Part shown: piece after piece, positions 1 to 13,470 of the stretch | Numbering within the stretch: position 1 is the first letter of the stretch | How the letters are laid out: each line of letters opens with the position of its first letter | Assembly: GCA_002729525.1 (NCBI GenBank) | Contig: PBYI01000034.1 | Location: 17,854 to 81,853 of the forward strand | DNA: 64,000 bases | Origin: Nocardioides sp. | GTDB lineage: Bacteria > Actinomycetota > Actinomycetes > Propionibacteriales > Nocardioidaceae | Direction of reading: 5' to 3' | Made by a program: the position numbers and the translations under genes | The notes under the pieces: model-generated | Told to the model about the DNA's origin: nothing | What the model saw: the letters and a program-made list of their open reading frames with translations, nothing else | Databases searched by the model: none

Positions 1-1238
1 ACCACGTGGTCGGCGACCTCCTCGAGGCCCGCGCGCGAGTAGTCGACGACGTGGATCGACTTGGTGAAGGCGCGCACCGACAGCCCCGAGGAGTGGCAGG
101 CGCAGCCTCCGGTGGGCAGCACGTGGTTGGAGCCGGCGCAGTAGTCGCCGAGCGCGGTGGGCGCGTGCGGTCCGACGAAGATCGCGCCGGCGTTGGTGAT
201 CCGCGCGGCGACCGCGGCGGCGTCATGGGTGTGGATCTCGAGGTGCTCCGAGGCGTAGGCGTCGGCGACGGCCACGCCCTGGTCGAGGTCGTCGACGAGG
301 ACGATGCCGGACTGGGCGCCGCCGAGTGCGACCTGCACCCGCTCGACGTGGCCGGTGGCGGGCACCTGCTTCTCCAGCTCGGCCTCCACGTCGGAGACCA
401 GCGTCTCGGAGTCGGTGATGAGCACGGCCGCGGCCAGCGGGTCGTGCTCGGCCTCGGCGATCAGGTCGGCGGCGACGTACGCCGCGTCGGCGGTCTCGTC
501 GGCGAGGATCGCCACCTCGGTCGGGCCGGCCTCGGAGTCGATGCCGACCAGGCCCTTGAGCAGGCGCTTGGCGGTGACGACGTAGATGTTGCCCGGACCG
601 GTGACCAGGTCGACCCGTGCGCACGGGTCGGTGCCGTAGGCGAACATGGCGACCGCCTGGGCGCCGCCGACGGCGTACACCTCCTCAACGCCGAGCAGGG
701 CGCACGCGGCCAGGATCGTGGGGTGCGGCAGGCCGTCGAACTCGCGCTGCGGCGGGCTGGCCAGAGCGATGGACCCGACACCGGCCACCTGGGCGGGTAC
801 GACGTTCATCAGCACGCTGGACACCAGCGGCGCGAGGCCGCCGGGCACGTAGAGACCGACCCGGTTGACCGGCACCTTGCGGTGGGTCACGACCGCGCCG
901 TCGCCGAGGACGGTCTCGACGTCCGCCTCCAGCTCGCGCTCGCTGGCGACCCGCAGCCGTCGTACGGACTCCTCGAGGCCGGCGCGGATCGCCGGGTCGA
1001 GCTCGTCGAGCGCCCGCCGCATCGCCTCGACCGGCACCCGGACGTCGGTCTGGGTCACGCCGTCGAACTTCTCCGACATCTCCAGGATCGCCTCGACCCC
1101 GCGGGTACGGACCTCCTCGCAGATCGCGTGGACCGCCGGCACCGCAGCCTCGACGTCGAAGTCCGCGCGCGGCACGGCGGACCGGTAGTCGACGGGGCCG
1201 CTCGCGGCCGCCCCACGCAGGTCGATTCGGCGGATCAT
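1..1238 (-). CDS. hisD: Histidinol dehydrogenase, 3' end cut by the window edge
   Basis: Not in the ORF track because it runs off the edge. Reverse translation from the ATG at 1238 reads MIRRIDLRG...[49 protein letters not shown], which carries the HisD signature. TAGAAT lies 7 nt upstream of the ATG (leaderless geometry). Confidence 0.9.
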   Translation of the reverse strand, partial: MIRRIDLRGAAASGPVDYRSAVPRADFDVEAAVPAVHAICEEVRTRGVEAILEMSEKFDGVTQTDVRVPVEAMRRALDELDPAIRAGLEESVRRLRVASERELEADVETVLGDGAVVTHRKVPVNRVGLYVPGGLAPLVSSVLMNVVPAQVAGVGSIALASPPQREFDGLPHPTILAACALLGVEEVYAVGGAQAVAMFAYGTDPCARVDLVTGPGNIYVVTAKRLLKGLVGIDSEAGPTEVAILADETADAAYVAADLIAEAEHDPLAAAVLITDSETLVSDVEAELEKQVPATGHVERVQVALGGAQSGIVLVDDLDQGVAVADAYASEHLEIHTHDAAAVAARITNAGAIFVGPHAPTALGDYCAGSNHVLPTGGCACHSSGLSVRAFTKSIHVVDYSRAGLEEVADHV

Positions 1239-1292
1239 GGGTCCGATTCTAGGAGCGGGAGCGTGGTGGGCGCGGATCGGCGACGTCAGGTG

Positions 1293-1344
1293 GACCGGCG
1301 CGGCACGCCGGCACACCGGACCGGCGCGGCACGCCGGCACACCG
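1293..1344. repeat. Perfect 26-bp tandem duplication (GACCGGCGCGGCACGCCGGCACACCG x2, plus a partial third copy) in the hisD / Lon-domain divergent intergenic region
   Basis: Direct reading: 1293-1318 and 1319-1344 are identical. Each unit contains the palindrome CCGGCG-N5-CGCCGG. Confidence 0.85.
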
Positions 1345-1376
1345 GACGGGTGCGTGACGTGGCCTAGGGTCGGGGC

Positions 1377-2042
1377 GTGGCCGACACGCTCCCCATGTTC
1401 CCGCTGGGCTCGGTGATGTTCCCCGGGCTGTCGGTGCCGCTGAAGATCTTCGAGGACCGCTACCGCGCGATGGTCCACCACCTGCTGCGCACCGACGACC
1501 CCGAGCAGCGGATGTTCGGCACGGTCGCGATCCGCGAGGGCTACGAGGTCGGCGACCACGGGGCGCAGTCGCTCTACCGGGTCGGCTGCCGCGCCGTGCT
1601 GACCGAGATCGAGTCGCACGCCGACGGCACCTTCGACGCGGTCGCGGTCGGGCTCGAGCGGATCGTGCTCGACCGGCTCGACACGACCGGCGAGTTCCCG
1701 ATGGGCCACGTCTCGGACCTCCCGGACCCGCAGTCGGGCGCGCCCGAGGAACTGCTGGACCGGGCGAGGGGGACCTTCACGGCGTACCGGCTGGCGTTGA
1801 GCGAGCTGCGGGCCGACCCCTACTCGGGCTCGCTCCCCCGCGACGCGACGTACCTCTCCTGGACGCTGGCGGCGGTGGCGCCGCTGCCGCTGCCGGAGCG
1901 GCAGTCGCTGCTGGAGGCCGACGACGCCGCCGAGCGGCTCACCCTGGTGACGGACCTGCTGCGCTCGGAGCTGCGGGCGATGAACGTCATCCCGTCGCTG
2001 CCCGCCACCGACGTGGCCCGCACCCGCTGGTCGCCGAACTAG
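1377..2042 (+). CDS. LON N-terminal (substrate-binding) domain protein
   Basis: [36 protein letters not shown]... resembles the Lon protease N-domain. The GTG start is preceded by TAGGGT (1365-1370) with a 6-nt spacer. Confidence 0.8.
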   Translation: MADTLPMFPLGSVMFPGLSVPLKIFEDRYRAMVHHLLRTDDPEQRMFGTVAIREGYEVGDHGAQSLYRVGCRAVLTEIESHADGTFDAVAVGLERIVLDRLDTTGEFPMGHVSDLPDPQSGAPEELLDRARGTFTAYRLALSELRADPYSGSLPRDATYLSWTLAAVAPLPLPERQSLLEADDAAERLTLVTDLLRSELRAMNVIPSLPATDVARTRWSPN

Positions 2043-2202
2043 CAGGGCCCCCGCGAGGAACGAGCGGGGACCCGTGGCTGGTGAAGATTGAGCAAGCCCT
2101 GCGACCGAGCCCGCGAGGTCGCAACGGGCGCGTCGAAATCGCGTGAGCCAAGAAGCAGCCGTCACCCCAGCCCGTCACGAGAGCACCAGACCGAGGACCA
2201 CG

Positions 2203-2694
2203 ATGGCCAAGAAGAAGTCCCCCGGCGCCACACCGGCCACCACCGCCCTCACCCGCGCCGGCATCACCTTGACCGAGCACCCCTACGACCACGACCCCCG
2301 CGCGGCGTCGTACGGCACGGAGGCTGCGGAGGTGCTGGGCGTGGACCCGCACCGAGTGCTGAAGACCCTGCTCGCCGACGTCGACGGCCGCCTGGTCGTC
2401 GGGGTCGTGCCGGTGAGTGGCCAGCTCGACCTCAAGGCCCTGGCCCGGGCGGTGGGCGGGCGGAAGGCCTCGATGGCCGACCCGGCCGCGGCCGAGCGCT
2501 CGACGGGGTACGTCGTGGGCGGGATCTCCCCGGTCGGCCAGCGGCGGGCCCTCCCCACGGTGGTCGACGAGTCGGCCCTGGAGCACGCGACGGTGCTGGT
2601 GTCGGGCGGACGCCGCGGCCTGGACCTGGAGCTGGCCCCGGCCGACCTGGTGCGGGTGACCGGTGCCACGACCGCGCCCGTCGGTCGCGCCTGA
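2203..2694 (+). CDS. ybaK: YbaK-type Cys-tRNA(Pro)/Cys-tRNA(Cys) deacylase
   Basis: MAKKKSPGATPATTALTRAGITLTEHPYDHDP...GYVVGGISPVGQRR is typical of YbaK. I chose the internal ATG at 2203, which has GAGGA upstream, over the longest ORF start at 2143. Confidence 0.85.
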   Translation: MAKKKSPGATPATTALTRAGITLTEHPYDHDPRAASYGTEAAEVLGVDPHRVLKTLLADVDGRLVVGVVPVSGQLDLKALARAVGGRKASMADPAAAERSTGYVVGGISPVGQRRALPTVVDESALEHATVLVSGGRRGLDLELAPADLVRVTGATTAPVGRA

Positions 2695-2724
2695 CCCGCG
2701 AGGGACGGGCGCGACCGACGGCGT

Positions 2725-4494
2725 TCAGTCGGTGGTGACCCGCAGCAGGCCGTGGGTCACGCCGTCGTCGTCGGACGACGACATGCCGATCGCCTCGAGA
2801 GGACGCAGGTTGTCGGCGAGCTCCGGCTCCCCCGCATCGGCGAGCTGGTCGAGGAGGGGGTCGACCGCGCCGAGATCGGCGAAGAAGATGCCGGTCGCCC
2901 CCTCGGCGTCGGGCACCGCGGAGCGGAAGACGTCGGAGTCGCCGAGGCCACCGTCGTCGAGCATCGACTCCGCCCGTGCCTCGTCGAAGCCGACGACGAC
3001 CGTGTCGTCGTCGGACGCACGCTGCACGAGCGCGGCGTCAGGTCCGAGGGCCGGGTTCGCCAGCAGGGTGTCGAGCACCCCGTCGATCTCCTCCGCGTCG
3101 CCCTGCACCTTGACCGTGAGCGGCAGGCCCGTGGGGTCGGTGGCGAGGGCGTCGAGGTCGAGGTCGGAGACGTCGCCCAGCGAGACGGCGACCGACTCGC
3201 CGAGCAGGGTCTCGAGGTCCTCGGGCACGGAGATCCCGAGCTCGGCCTCCGCCTCGGCGAAGGCCTGGTCGAGATCGTCCTCGCCGAGACCGGACATGGC
3301 CCCGAACTGCCCGACGAGCTGCTCCACCCATCCGGGCTCGTGCCCGAGACCGTAGGCGAGCACCGTGTCCGCGGGCAGCGAGCCGACGGTCGTGTAGGCG
3401 TCGCCGCCGCTGCCGAGCAGGCTGCCGCCGGTGAGAGCGCCGGCGAGGCCCGCACCGCCGCTGAACGCCGACTCGACCTCGAGGGCACCGCCGTCGAACC
3501 GAACGGTCAGCGCGGCCCCGTCGAAGTCACCGAGGGCCTGCTCGATGATCGCGGCGTCGGGGCCTAGCGGTGAGAAGTCGTCGCAGAACGGGTCGTCGAC
3601 GCAGACGTCGCCACCACCGAGCTCGCTGGTCATCGCCTCGGCGATCAGGTCGCCCGCACCGGGGGCGGCGTAGGCCGAGACGATGCCGGCGTCGCCGGCG
3701 GCGTCGGTCCACTCCTGGTAGTCGCCGTCGTCGGAGAGCGGGTCGTCGGCGCCGGCGTCGAGCACGGCGGCCGCGATCTCGTCGGTCTCCGCCACGACGG
3801 CCCAGCCGTCGCCCACGGCGAACCCGCCCTCTCCCCCGTCGCCGCAGTCGGCGAGGGTGGTCAGACCGTCCTCGGCGGCGCCGGCGTCGGTGATCTGCAG
3901 GACGCCCACGGGGACGACGGGGTCGTCACCTCCGCCTGCGTCGTCGGCGGGCACGGCCGCGACCGCGAACCGGTTGCCGAGCCACGGCTCGACGTCCGCG
4001 GCGTAGTCGACGTCGCAGTCGGCCTCGGCGCTGATCTCGTCGAAGATCCGCTCGCGCACGTCGTCGTCGACGTCCAGACCGGTCGCCTCGGTGAAGGCCG
4101 GGAACTTCCGCAGCGTGCGGATCGCCTCCAGCTTCTGCGCACCGCTGGGGTCGAGGTCGACAGCGACGTAACCGACGGTCGAGGCGGGCAGTGCCTCGGC
4201 GGGCTGGTCGCCCTGCTGGGTGAACGCAGCCCACGCCCACCAGCCGGCACCGCTCAGCGCCAGGACGCCGACGAGCGCCCCGCCGAGCACGAGGGCGCGC
4301 CGCCGGCCGCGTCGCGGCGGCTCCGGCGGCATCGGGCCACCGTCGCCGCCGTACCCGTACGACACGACGTCACCGGGCGGCGGTCCTGTCGGGGGCGCAC
4401 CCGGCGGTGGCGGCACCGAGGAGGGCGGGGACGCCCCCCAGGGGCCGTCCTGACCCTGCGGTCCGGGCGGGGGCGGTGGCGGGGTGCTGCTCAT
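2725..4494 (-). CDS. Pro-rich N-terminus, single-TM, acidic extracytoplasmic protein (tentatively DUF3352-like)
   Basis: 589-aa ORF with high GC3. It has a PPPPPPGP N-terminus, a TM segment (ALVLGGALVGVLALSGAGWWAWAAF), then a D/E/G/A-rich domain. The family name is from memory only. Confidence 0.65.
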   Translation of the reverse strand: MSSTPPPPPPGPQGQDGPWGASPPSSVPPPPGAPPTGPPPGDVVSYGYGGDGGPMPPEPPRRGRRRALVLGGALVGVLALSGAGWWAWAAFTQQGDQPAEALPASTVGYVAVDLDPSGAQKLEAIRTLRKFPAFTEATGLDVDDDVRERIFDEISAEADCDVDYAADVEPWLGNRFAVAAVPADDAGGGDDPVVPVGVLQITDAGAAEDGLTTLADCGDGGEGGFAVGDGWAVVAETDEIAAAVLDAGADDPLSDDGDYQEWTDAAGDAGIVSAYAAPGAGDLIAEAMTSELGGGDVCVDDPFCDDFSPLGPDAAIIEQALGDFDGAALTVRFDGGALEVESAFSGGAGLAGALTGGSLLGSGGDAYTTVGSLPADTVLAYGLGHEPGWVEQLVGQFGAMSGLGEDDLDQAFAEAEAELGISVPEDLETLLGESVAVSLGDVSDLDLDALATDPTGLPLTVKVQGDAEEIDGVLDTLLANPALGPDAALVQRASDDDTVVVGFDEARAESMLDDGGLGDSDVFRSAVPDAEGATGIFFADLGAVDPLLDQLADAGEPELADNLRPLEAIGMSSSDDDGVTHGLLRVTTD

Positions 4495-4545
4495 CGTGTG
4501 GTCTCCCAGTGGTGGCTCGCGGCGCGAGCGGCGAGGTGTGAGGCC

Positions 4546-5187
4546 TCACTCTTCCCTGTGCGACCCCGGTGACACCACCGGAATGCCCGAGTCGTCCCGT
4601 CTGTGTCCGCGCAGGTCGAATCCGCGCACGTCGGCCGCGCTGCTGCCCATCAGCCACACGACCGAGGCACCGACGAGCGCGCCCAGCGGCCACGCCGACC
4701 AGGGCGCCAGGCCGCTGACGCGCATGCTCTCGTCCAGCGCGGTGCCGTCGGGCACCAGGAGAGCGAGCACCACCGGGTTGGGCGGGCTCGACGCGGTGCC
4801 GACGGCGTGGCACAGCCACGCACCCAGCAGGCTGCCGACCGCCAGCACCACCAGGGTCACCAGGGGCGAGCGGCGCAGCACCAGCGCGCCGAGCGCTCCG
4901 AGCACCAGCCCGAGCACGATGCCGATCAGGACGAACAGCCCGGTCGCGCCGTACATCCGGCCGATGGAGTCCCAGTCGTCGAAGAGCCACCGGCCCCCGG
5001 ACGTGCCGCCGGTCGGCGGCTGCCACAGCCGCTGCCACAGCCAACCCGCCGCGGCACCGAGCGCCGCCCAGGTCGCGAGACCGACCGCGGCCTCGACGAG
5101 CACGCGGCGCGCGCCGCCCCGGCCCGCGGCCGCCCCGGCCGGGACGACCGTGTCCGTCTCCCCAGCGGGGTGAGCCGTGTCCGTCAT
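4546..5187 (-). CDS. Integral membrane protein of unknown function (tentatively DUF2567-like)
   Basis: 213-aa ORF with about 4 hydrophobic segments. It lies immediately downstream of dnaE on the same strand. Confidence 0.6.
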   Translation of the reverse strand: MTDTAHPAGETDTVVPAGAAAGRGGARRVLVEAAVGLATWAALGAAAGWLWQRLWQPPTGGTSGGRWLFDDWDSIGRMYGATGLFVLIGIVLGLVLGALGALVLRRSPLVTLVVLAVGSLLGAWLCHAVGTASSPPNPVVLALLVPDGTALDESMRVSGLAPWSAWPLGALVGASVVWLMGSSAADVRGFDLRGHRRDDSGIPVVSPGSHREE

Positions 5188-5199
5188 GCCGCCAGCGTC

Positions 5200-8763
<3,564 letters not shown>

Positions 8764-8914
8764 CGGTGCGGGCGCTCCTCGAGAACCTCATCGTGCGGGC
8801 AGGCGAAGACAGGCCGGCGCGGTCGCGACGTCGATCCTGGGGGAAGGACGCCAGCCTACGCGAGCCGTGAGAGCGATGGTGGCAGCAACCACCGACAACC
8901 CGTCTCCGCCCTGC

Positions 8915-8964
8915 GGGCGGGTGGGGTGGGGCTCGGCGTGTCGCTCGGGTGGGCCCGGGTGGGG
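8915..8964 (+). other. Two tandem canonical G-quadruplex motifs (GGGCGGGTGGGGTGGGG at 8915-8931; GGGTGGGCCCGGGTGGGG at 8947-8964)
   Basis: Direct reading: each motif has four G3+ runs with 1-3 nt loops. They lie on the template strand about 150-200 bp upstream of the dnaE start. Confidence 0.6.
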
Positions 8965-8975
8965 CCGTGGCCTTC

Positions 8976-9351
8976 GGCCACCCCGACCCGGCTGGGGCGG
9001 CGCGTCGCCGGGCGGCGTACGTTGCGGGGCACGGTCCGCTGCCGGCGCCGCGGCCAGGCCCTTGAGGCCGGGACGGGGTGCCGAGGCCCCTGCCCCACCC
9101 GCGCCGCGCACCCTCGCTCGGCCTCGTGCGTGGTGGGTGTGAACCTCGTGGCCGGCGTCCCTCGGACGTCGGCGTGGTGCTCCTCCCCCACCAGCGCGAG
9201 GGGAGACGAGCGGTCCGGGTCGGACGGCGGGCCCGTCCGGAGGCACCTCCTCGCGGCCTCAAGGGGCTTGGCCGCGGCGCCGGCGTACGGCGCGTACCCA
9301 CCCGTGACGGCCATGCCGGCGACGCGCCGCCCCAGCCGGGAGGAGGTGGCC
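8976..9351. repeat. ~375-bp non-coding element bounded by ~107-110-bp imperfect inverted repeats (arms 8976-9082 and 9242-9351)
   Basis: Manual alignment of arm 1 with the reverse complement of arm 2. The outer 36 nt have 3 mismatches and include GGCTGGGGCGGCGCGTCGCCGG. The inner ~42 nt are near identical and include GCCGGCGCCGCGGCCA and CCCTTGAGGCCG. A ~30-nt central block differs. No credible ORF is present. Confidence 0.7.
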
Positions 9352-9411
9352 TCAGAACGGGGCCCGCCGGCCGACCCACCGCCGAGGAGCCCGGACGCCC
9401 CACCCGACCCG

Positions 9412-9867
9412 TCAGGGTCGAAAGGCCAGCCTGACGTCGGGATCGCGCTCCTCGTTGGCACGGCCGTCGGTGCGCTCGACCTCGACCAGGCCGTGGCGGC
9501 GGTAGAAGGCGCGGGCGGGGGTGTTGACCTCGAAGACCCAGAGGCCGAACCCGTCCGGGCGCAGGGTCTTGGCGAGGTCGAGGAGCGCGGTGCCGAGGCC
9601 CTGGCCGGCGTACGACGGGGTGACGTAGAGGTCGTCGAGCCAGGTGGGGGTCAGCCGGAGGTAGGCGACGGGGGCACCGTCGACCTCGGCGAGCCAGGTC
9701 TCCTGGGCGGGGTCCTCGAGGTGGCCGCGCAGCCAGGGCTCGCAGTCGCTGTCGGGGTGCACCGAGGGCGGCATCGGCGCCGCGGCGCGCGAGCGCAGGT
9801 GGACGTCGGCCAGGGCGGGAGCGTCCTCGGGGACGGCCCGGCGCAGGACTGCCTCAGACGGCGTCAC
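9412..9867 (-). CDS. GNAT family N-acetyltransferase
   Basis: 151 aa. Has an acetyl-CoA binding-type motif ([16 protein letters not shown]) and [13 protein letters not shown]. Confidence 0.8.
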   Translation of the reverse strand: MTPSEAVLRRAVPEDAPALADVHLRSRAAAPMPPSVHPDSDCEPWLRGHLEDPAQETWLAEVDGAPVAYLRLTPTWLDDLYVTPSYAGQGLGTALLDLAKTLRPDGFGLWVFEVNTPARAFYRRHGLVEVERTDGRANEERDPDVRLAFRP

Positions 9868-10789
9868 GGACGACCTCGAGCGCTGCCGCGAGGTCGTCGG
9901 GGTAGGGCGACTCGAAGCTGACGTTCTCGCGCGTCTCGGGGTGCTCGAACCCGAGTCGTACGGCGTGCAGCCACTGGCGGGTCAGTCCGACCCGGCGGGC
10001 GAGCGTGGGGTCGGCGCCGTACGTCAGGTCGCCGACGCACGGGTGGCGCAGCGCGGACATGTGCACCCGGATCTGGTGGGTGCGGCCGGTCTCGAGGTGC
10101 ACCTCGAGCAGGCTGGCGAATCGGTGCGCCTCGAGGGTCTCGTAGTGCGTCACGCTCGCGCGGCCGCCGTCGAGGACCGCGAACTTGTGGTCGTGCGCGG
10201 GGTGGCGGGCGATCGGGGCGTCGATGGTGCCCTCGAGCGGGTCGGGGTGGCCCTGCACGAGCGCGTGGTAGGTCTTGTCGACCGTGCGGTCGCGGAAGGC
10301 CTGCTTGAGCACGGAGTAGGCGTACTCGGACTTGGCGATGACCATGACGCCCGACGTGCCCACGTCGAGGCGCTGCACGATGCCCTGCCGCTCCGACGCG
10401 CCACTGGTGGCGATCCGGAAGCCGGCGCCGGCGAGGTGTCCGACCACGGTCGGCCCGGACCAGCCGGGCGAGGGGTGCACGGCGACGCCCACGGGCTTGT
10501 CGATCACCACGAGGGACTCGTCGTCGTGGATGATCCCGATGCCCTCGACGACCTCGGGCACGACCACCAGCGGGTCGGCCTCGAACGGGATCTCGACCTC
10601 GAGCCGCGCCCCGGGCAGCACCCGGTCGCTCTTGCTCACCGAGGCGCCGTCGACGGCGACGAGGCCGCGGGCGATGAGGTCGGCGGCACGGGTGCGCGAC
10701 AGCCCGAACATCTGCGCCATCGCGGCGTCGACGCGCTCGCCGGCCACGCCGGAGGGCACCTCGAGCGAGCGGTAGTCGGAGCCGCTCAC
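9854..10789 (-). CDS. RluA/RluD-family 23S rRNA pseudouridine synthase with S4 domain
   Basis: 311 aa with [16 protein letters not shown] and THQIRVH motifs. The GTG start overlaps the lspA stop (GTGA). Confidence 0.9.
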   Translation of the reverse strand: MSGSDYRSLEVPSGVAGERVDAAMAQMFGLSRTRAADLIARGLVAVDGASVSKSDRVLPGARLEVEIPFEADPLVVVPEVVEGIGIIHDDESLVVIDKPVGVAVHPSPGWSGPTVVGHLAGAGFRIATSGASERQGIVQRLDVGTSGVMVIAKSEYAYSVLKQAFRDRTVDKTYHALVQGHPDPLEGTIDAPIARHPAHDHKFAVLDGGRASVTHYETLEAHRFASLLEVHLETGRTHQIRVHMSALRHPCVGDLTYGADPTLARRVGLTRQWLHAVRLGFEHPETRENVSFESPYPDDLAAALEVVRDAV

Positions 10790-11496
10790 GAGGCCGCCTC
10801 GTCGCTACGCCGCCCGCTCGCGGACGTGTCACCGCGCTCGCTGTCCGACGCCGTCGCGCCGTCCACCTCGCTCCCTGCGGGCGACTCGGGCGACTCGTCG
10901 TCCGAGTCGGTCTCGGCAGCGGCGTCGGGCGCGTCGTCCGGCGTACCGGTGTCGCGGGCGCCGTCGAGCCGCACGCCGCGGAAGGCCTGGAGCAGGATGA
11001 GGCCGGCGGCGACGTTGATGCAGATGTCGGCGACGTTGAAGACCGGCCAGCTGGGCAGCATCAGGAAGTCGACGACGTGGCCGTGGAACGCACCGGGATC
11101 GCGCAGCAGGCGGTCGGTGAGGTTGCCGGTGACGCCGGCGAGCAGGAAGCCGAGGGCCAGGGCCCAGCCGGTGCTGCGGACGGATCGGGCGTACCAGAGG
11201 ACGCCGAGGGCGACCACGATCGCCAGGACGGTGAAGACCGGGGTGATGCCGGTGCCGGTGCTGAACGCGGCACCGGGGTTGTAGACCAGTCGCAGCTGCA
11301 GGAGCGACCCGACCAGCGGGACGTCGTCCACGCGATCGGTGAGGTGCTCGACCGCGAGCCACTTGGTGACCTGGTCGACTGCGTAGGCGGTGAGGGCGAC
11401 GACTGCGAGCAGCAGCCGTCGCCTCCCACCGTCCGAGAGGTCCGCCGGGGCGGACGCGGGCGCGTCCGGCGCGGAAGGAGCGGGTACGTCGGGCAT
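10786..11496 (-). CDS. lspA: Lipoprotein signal peptidase II
   Basis: 236 aa with [10 protein letters not shown] and FNVADICI motifs. It has an acidic, low-complexity C-terminal tail. Confidence 0.9.
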   Translation of the reverse strand: MPDVPAPSAPDAPASAPADLSDGGRRRLLLAVVALTAYAVDQVTKWLAVEHLTDRVDDVPLVGSLLQLRLVYNPGAAFSTGTGITPVFTVLAIVVALGVLWYARSVRSTGWALALGFLLAGVTGNLTDRLLRDPGAFHGHVVDFLMLPSWPVFNVADICINVAAGLILLQAFRGVRLDGARDTGTPDDAPDAAAETDSDDESPESPAGSEVDGATASDSERGDTSASGRRSDEAAS

Positions 11497-11523
11497 GGCC
11501 CGCTCAGTCTCCCACGCCGAGGC

Positions 11524-12273
11524 TCAGCCCTCGTCCTCGCCGAGGATCGAACGCAGGCGCTTCGGGGCCGACGGGTTGTCGAGCGAGAGGTCGTTCTCGC
11601 CCGGCGCGTCGAGGGCCTCGAGCTGCTGCGTGAAGTAGCTCTTGAGGCGGGAGCGGTACTCGCGCTCGAACGAGCGGAGGTTCTCCACCTCGATGCTGAG
11701 CTTGTCGCGCTCGCGCTCGAGCTCGCCGAACAGCTGGGTGCGGCGCTCGGCCGTCTCCGCGTCGAGCATCTGCGAGCGGGTGCGCGCGTCGGACTCCATG
11801 CGGTCGGACTTCTGCTGCGACTCCGACTCCAGGCGCTCGGCCTTGGTGCGGGCCTCGCCGATGATCTTGTCGGCGTCGTTCTTGGCCTCCTCGACGAGCT
11901 CGTCGGCGTTGCGCGTCGCGATCTCGAGGAGACGCGCGGCGGCGTTGGAGGCCTCGGGGACGGTCTCGACCCGGATGGTCTCGACCTCGCCCGGCGCGTT
12001 GGCGACGACCGGCTCGGGGGTCGGCTCCGGCTCGGGAGCGGCCGGCGGCGGCTCGTAGGCCTGGACCGGCTCCGGCATCGGCGCGGCCGTGGGGGCCTCG
12101 CCGGACTGCGCGGCCGAGAGCTTCGCCCGCAGGTCGTCGTTCTCCTGAGTGAGCCGCGCCAGCTCGGCCTCGACCTCGTCGAGGAACTGGTCGACCTCGC
12201 CCATGTCGTAGCCCTCACGGAGCCGGACGGGAGTGAAACGCTTGTTACTCACGTCCTCAGGCGTCAGCGGCAT
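11524..12273 (-). CDS. divIVA: DivIVA/Wag31 polar growth and division protein
   Basis: The start is set at MPLTPEDVSNKRFTPVRLREGYDMGEVDQFLDEV, the canonical DivIVA N-terminus. The longest ORF start at 12417 was judged an extension. Confidence 0.9.
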   Translation of the reverse strand: MPLTPEDVSNKRFTPVRLREGYDMGEVDQFLDEVEAELARLTQENDDLRAKLSAAQSGEAPTAAPMPEPVQAYEPPPAAPEPEPTPEPVVANAPGEVETIRVETVPEASNAAARLLEIATRNADELVEEAKNDADKIIGEARTKAERLESESQQKSDRMESDARTRSQMLDAETAERRTQLFGELERERDKLSIEVENLRSFEREYRSRLKSYFTQQLEALDAPGENDLSLDNPSAPKRLRSILGEDEG

Positions 12274-12546
12274 GACTTCACCCAATTCGTTGTCGGTGAT
12301 CAGTGGTGCGATCGGTGTGGCAGGTCTGTTCAGCGGCACCTTAGCGCCTGGATGGGGCTGGTGTGACCACATGGCCTGGCGTGACGCACGTGGTTGTCCG
12401 GCCCGGAGGACGAGCACGGCCCGGTCTCGCGGCTGTCACACGTCCGTGTCCACCATGTCACCCGCGCCCAGCGTCCCGGGAGGGGGGTCGCCGTACGCCG
12501 GTCCGCGCAGGTCAGCGCGCCCGTGCGGGCCGCGTCGCGGGTCTCG

Positions 12547-12834
12547 CTACAGCAGCGTGGCCGCGACGACGTTCAGCAGCACGTAGGCGCCGATGAACAC
12601 GATGAGGAAGCTCAGGTCGAGTGCGAAGTTGCCCAGCCGCAGTGGCGGGACGACCTTGCGCAGCGCCTTGATCGGCGGGTCGGTCGCGGAGTAGACGCCC
12701 TCGAGCGCGACGAGGAGCGGGCCGCGGGGCGACCACGACCGGGCGAAGACCTGCACCCAGTCGACGATGAACCGCACCCACATGCAGGCGATGAAGACCC
12801 ACAGGACGAAGTACAGGACCGATCCGACGACCAC
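12547..12834 (-). CDS. YggT family membrane protein
   Basis: 95 aa with two TM segments. Occupies the conserved sepF-yggT-divIVA position. Confidence 0.85.
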   Translation of the reverse strand: MVVGSVLYFVLWVFIACMWVRFIVDWVQVFARSWSPRGPLLVALEGVYSATDPPIKALRKVVPPLRLGNFALDLSFLIVFIGAYVLLNVVAATLL

Positions 12835-12864
12835 GTGTAGCTCTTGCCTCGCTCTAGCTCTGCT

Positions 12865-13398
12865 CTAGCTCTGGTTGAAGAACCCGCCCTCGGCGATCCG
12901 CTGCTTGTCCTCGGCCGCGACGGAGACGTTCGGCGGGGACAACAGGAACACCTTGGCGGTGACGCGCTCGATGGTGCCACGCGTGGCAAAGACGAGACCG
13001 GCGGCGAAGTCGACGAGGCGCTTGGCGTCGTCGTCGTCCATCTCGGTGAGGTTCATGATGACCGGCGTGCCCTCGCGGAAGTTCTCCCCCACGGTGCGCG
13101 CCTCGTTGTAGGTGCGCGGGTGCAGGGTCAGGATCCGAGACAGCTCGGCCACGGTGCCCGCCGACGGTGCGGGCGCGTCGGCGACCGCAGTCGGGCGGCG
13201 ACGCTCGGCGAGGTCGGCGACCGGGGCGGGCCCCTGGGCCGGGCGGCCGGCCACGACCGTCTCGCGCTCGCGCCGGGGCGCTGCGGCGACCGGTGCGGTC
13301 TGGTCGGTCAGGTCGTCCCGACCGTCGTACTCGTCGTAGGTGCCGGTGTCCTCGAGCAGGCCGAGGTACTCACCGATCCTGCGCATCGCGCCGCTCAT
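12865..13398 (-). CDS. sepF: Cell division protein SepF
   Basis: [17 protein letters not shown]...[44 protein letters not shown]. An alternative start lies 15 nt upstream at 13413. Confidence 0.9.
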   Translation of the reverse strand: MSGAMRRIGEYLGLLEDTGTYDEYDGRDDLTDQTAPVAAAPRRERETVVAGRPAQGPAPVADLAERRRPTAVADAPAPSAGTVAELSRILTLHPRTYNEARTVGENFREGTPVIMNLTEMDDDDAKRLVDFAAGLVFATRGTIERVTAKVFLLSPPNVSVAAEDKQRIAEGGFFNQS

Positions 13399-13470
13399 GT
13401 CACCCTCCGACATCCGGTGTCGATCTGGCCGCCGGCCTCCGGTGGTGCCGGGGCGTCCTGTCTTCGGACC

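Noticed and set aside
6-1367. 453-aa plus-strand ORF covering the first 1.3 kb
   Set aside because: It is an antisense shadow of hisD. Its product is R/G/D/V-rich with no recognisable motifs, whereas the minus strand gives an unmistakable histidinol dehydrogenase.
12835-12872. Short AGAGCT/GCTCTAG direct repeats between sepF and yggT
   Set aside because: The region is only about 2 copies of an 11-12-nt unit, and it includes the sepF stop codon and the yggT ribosome-binding region. It is too short to distinguish from chance.
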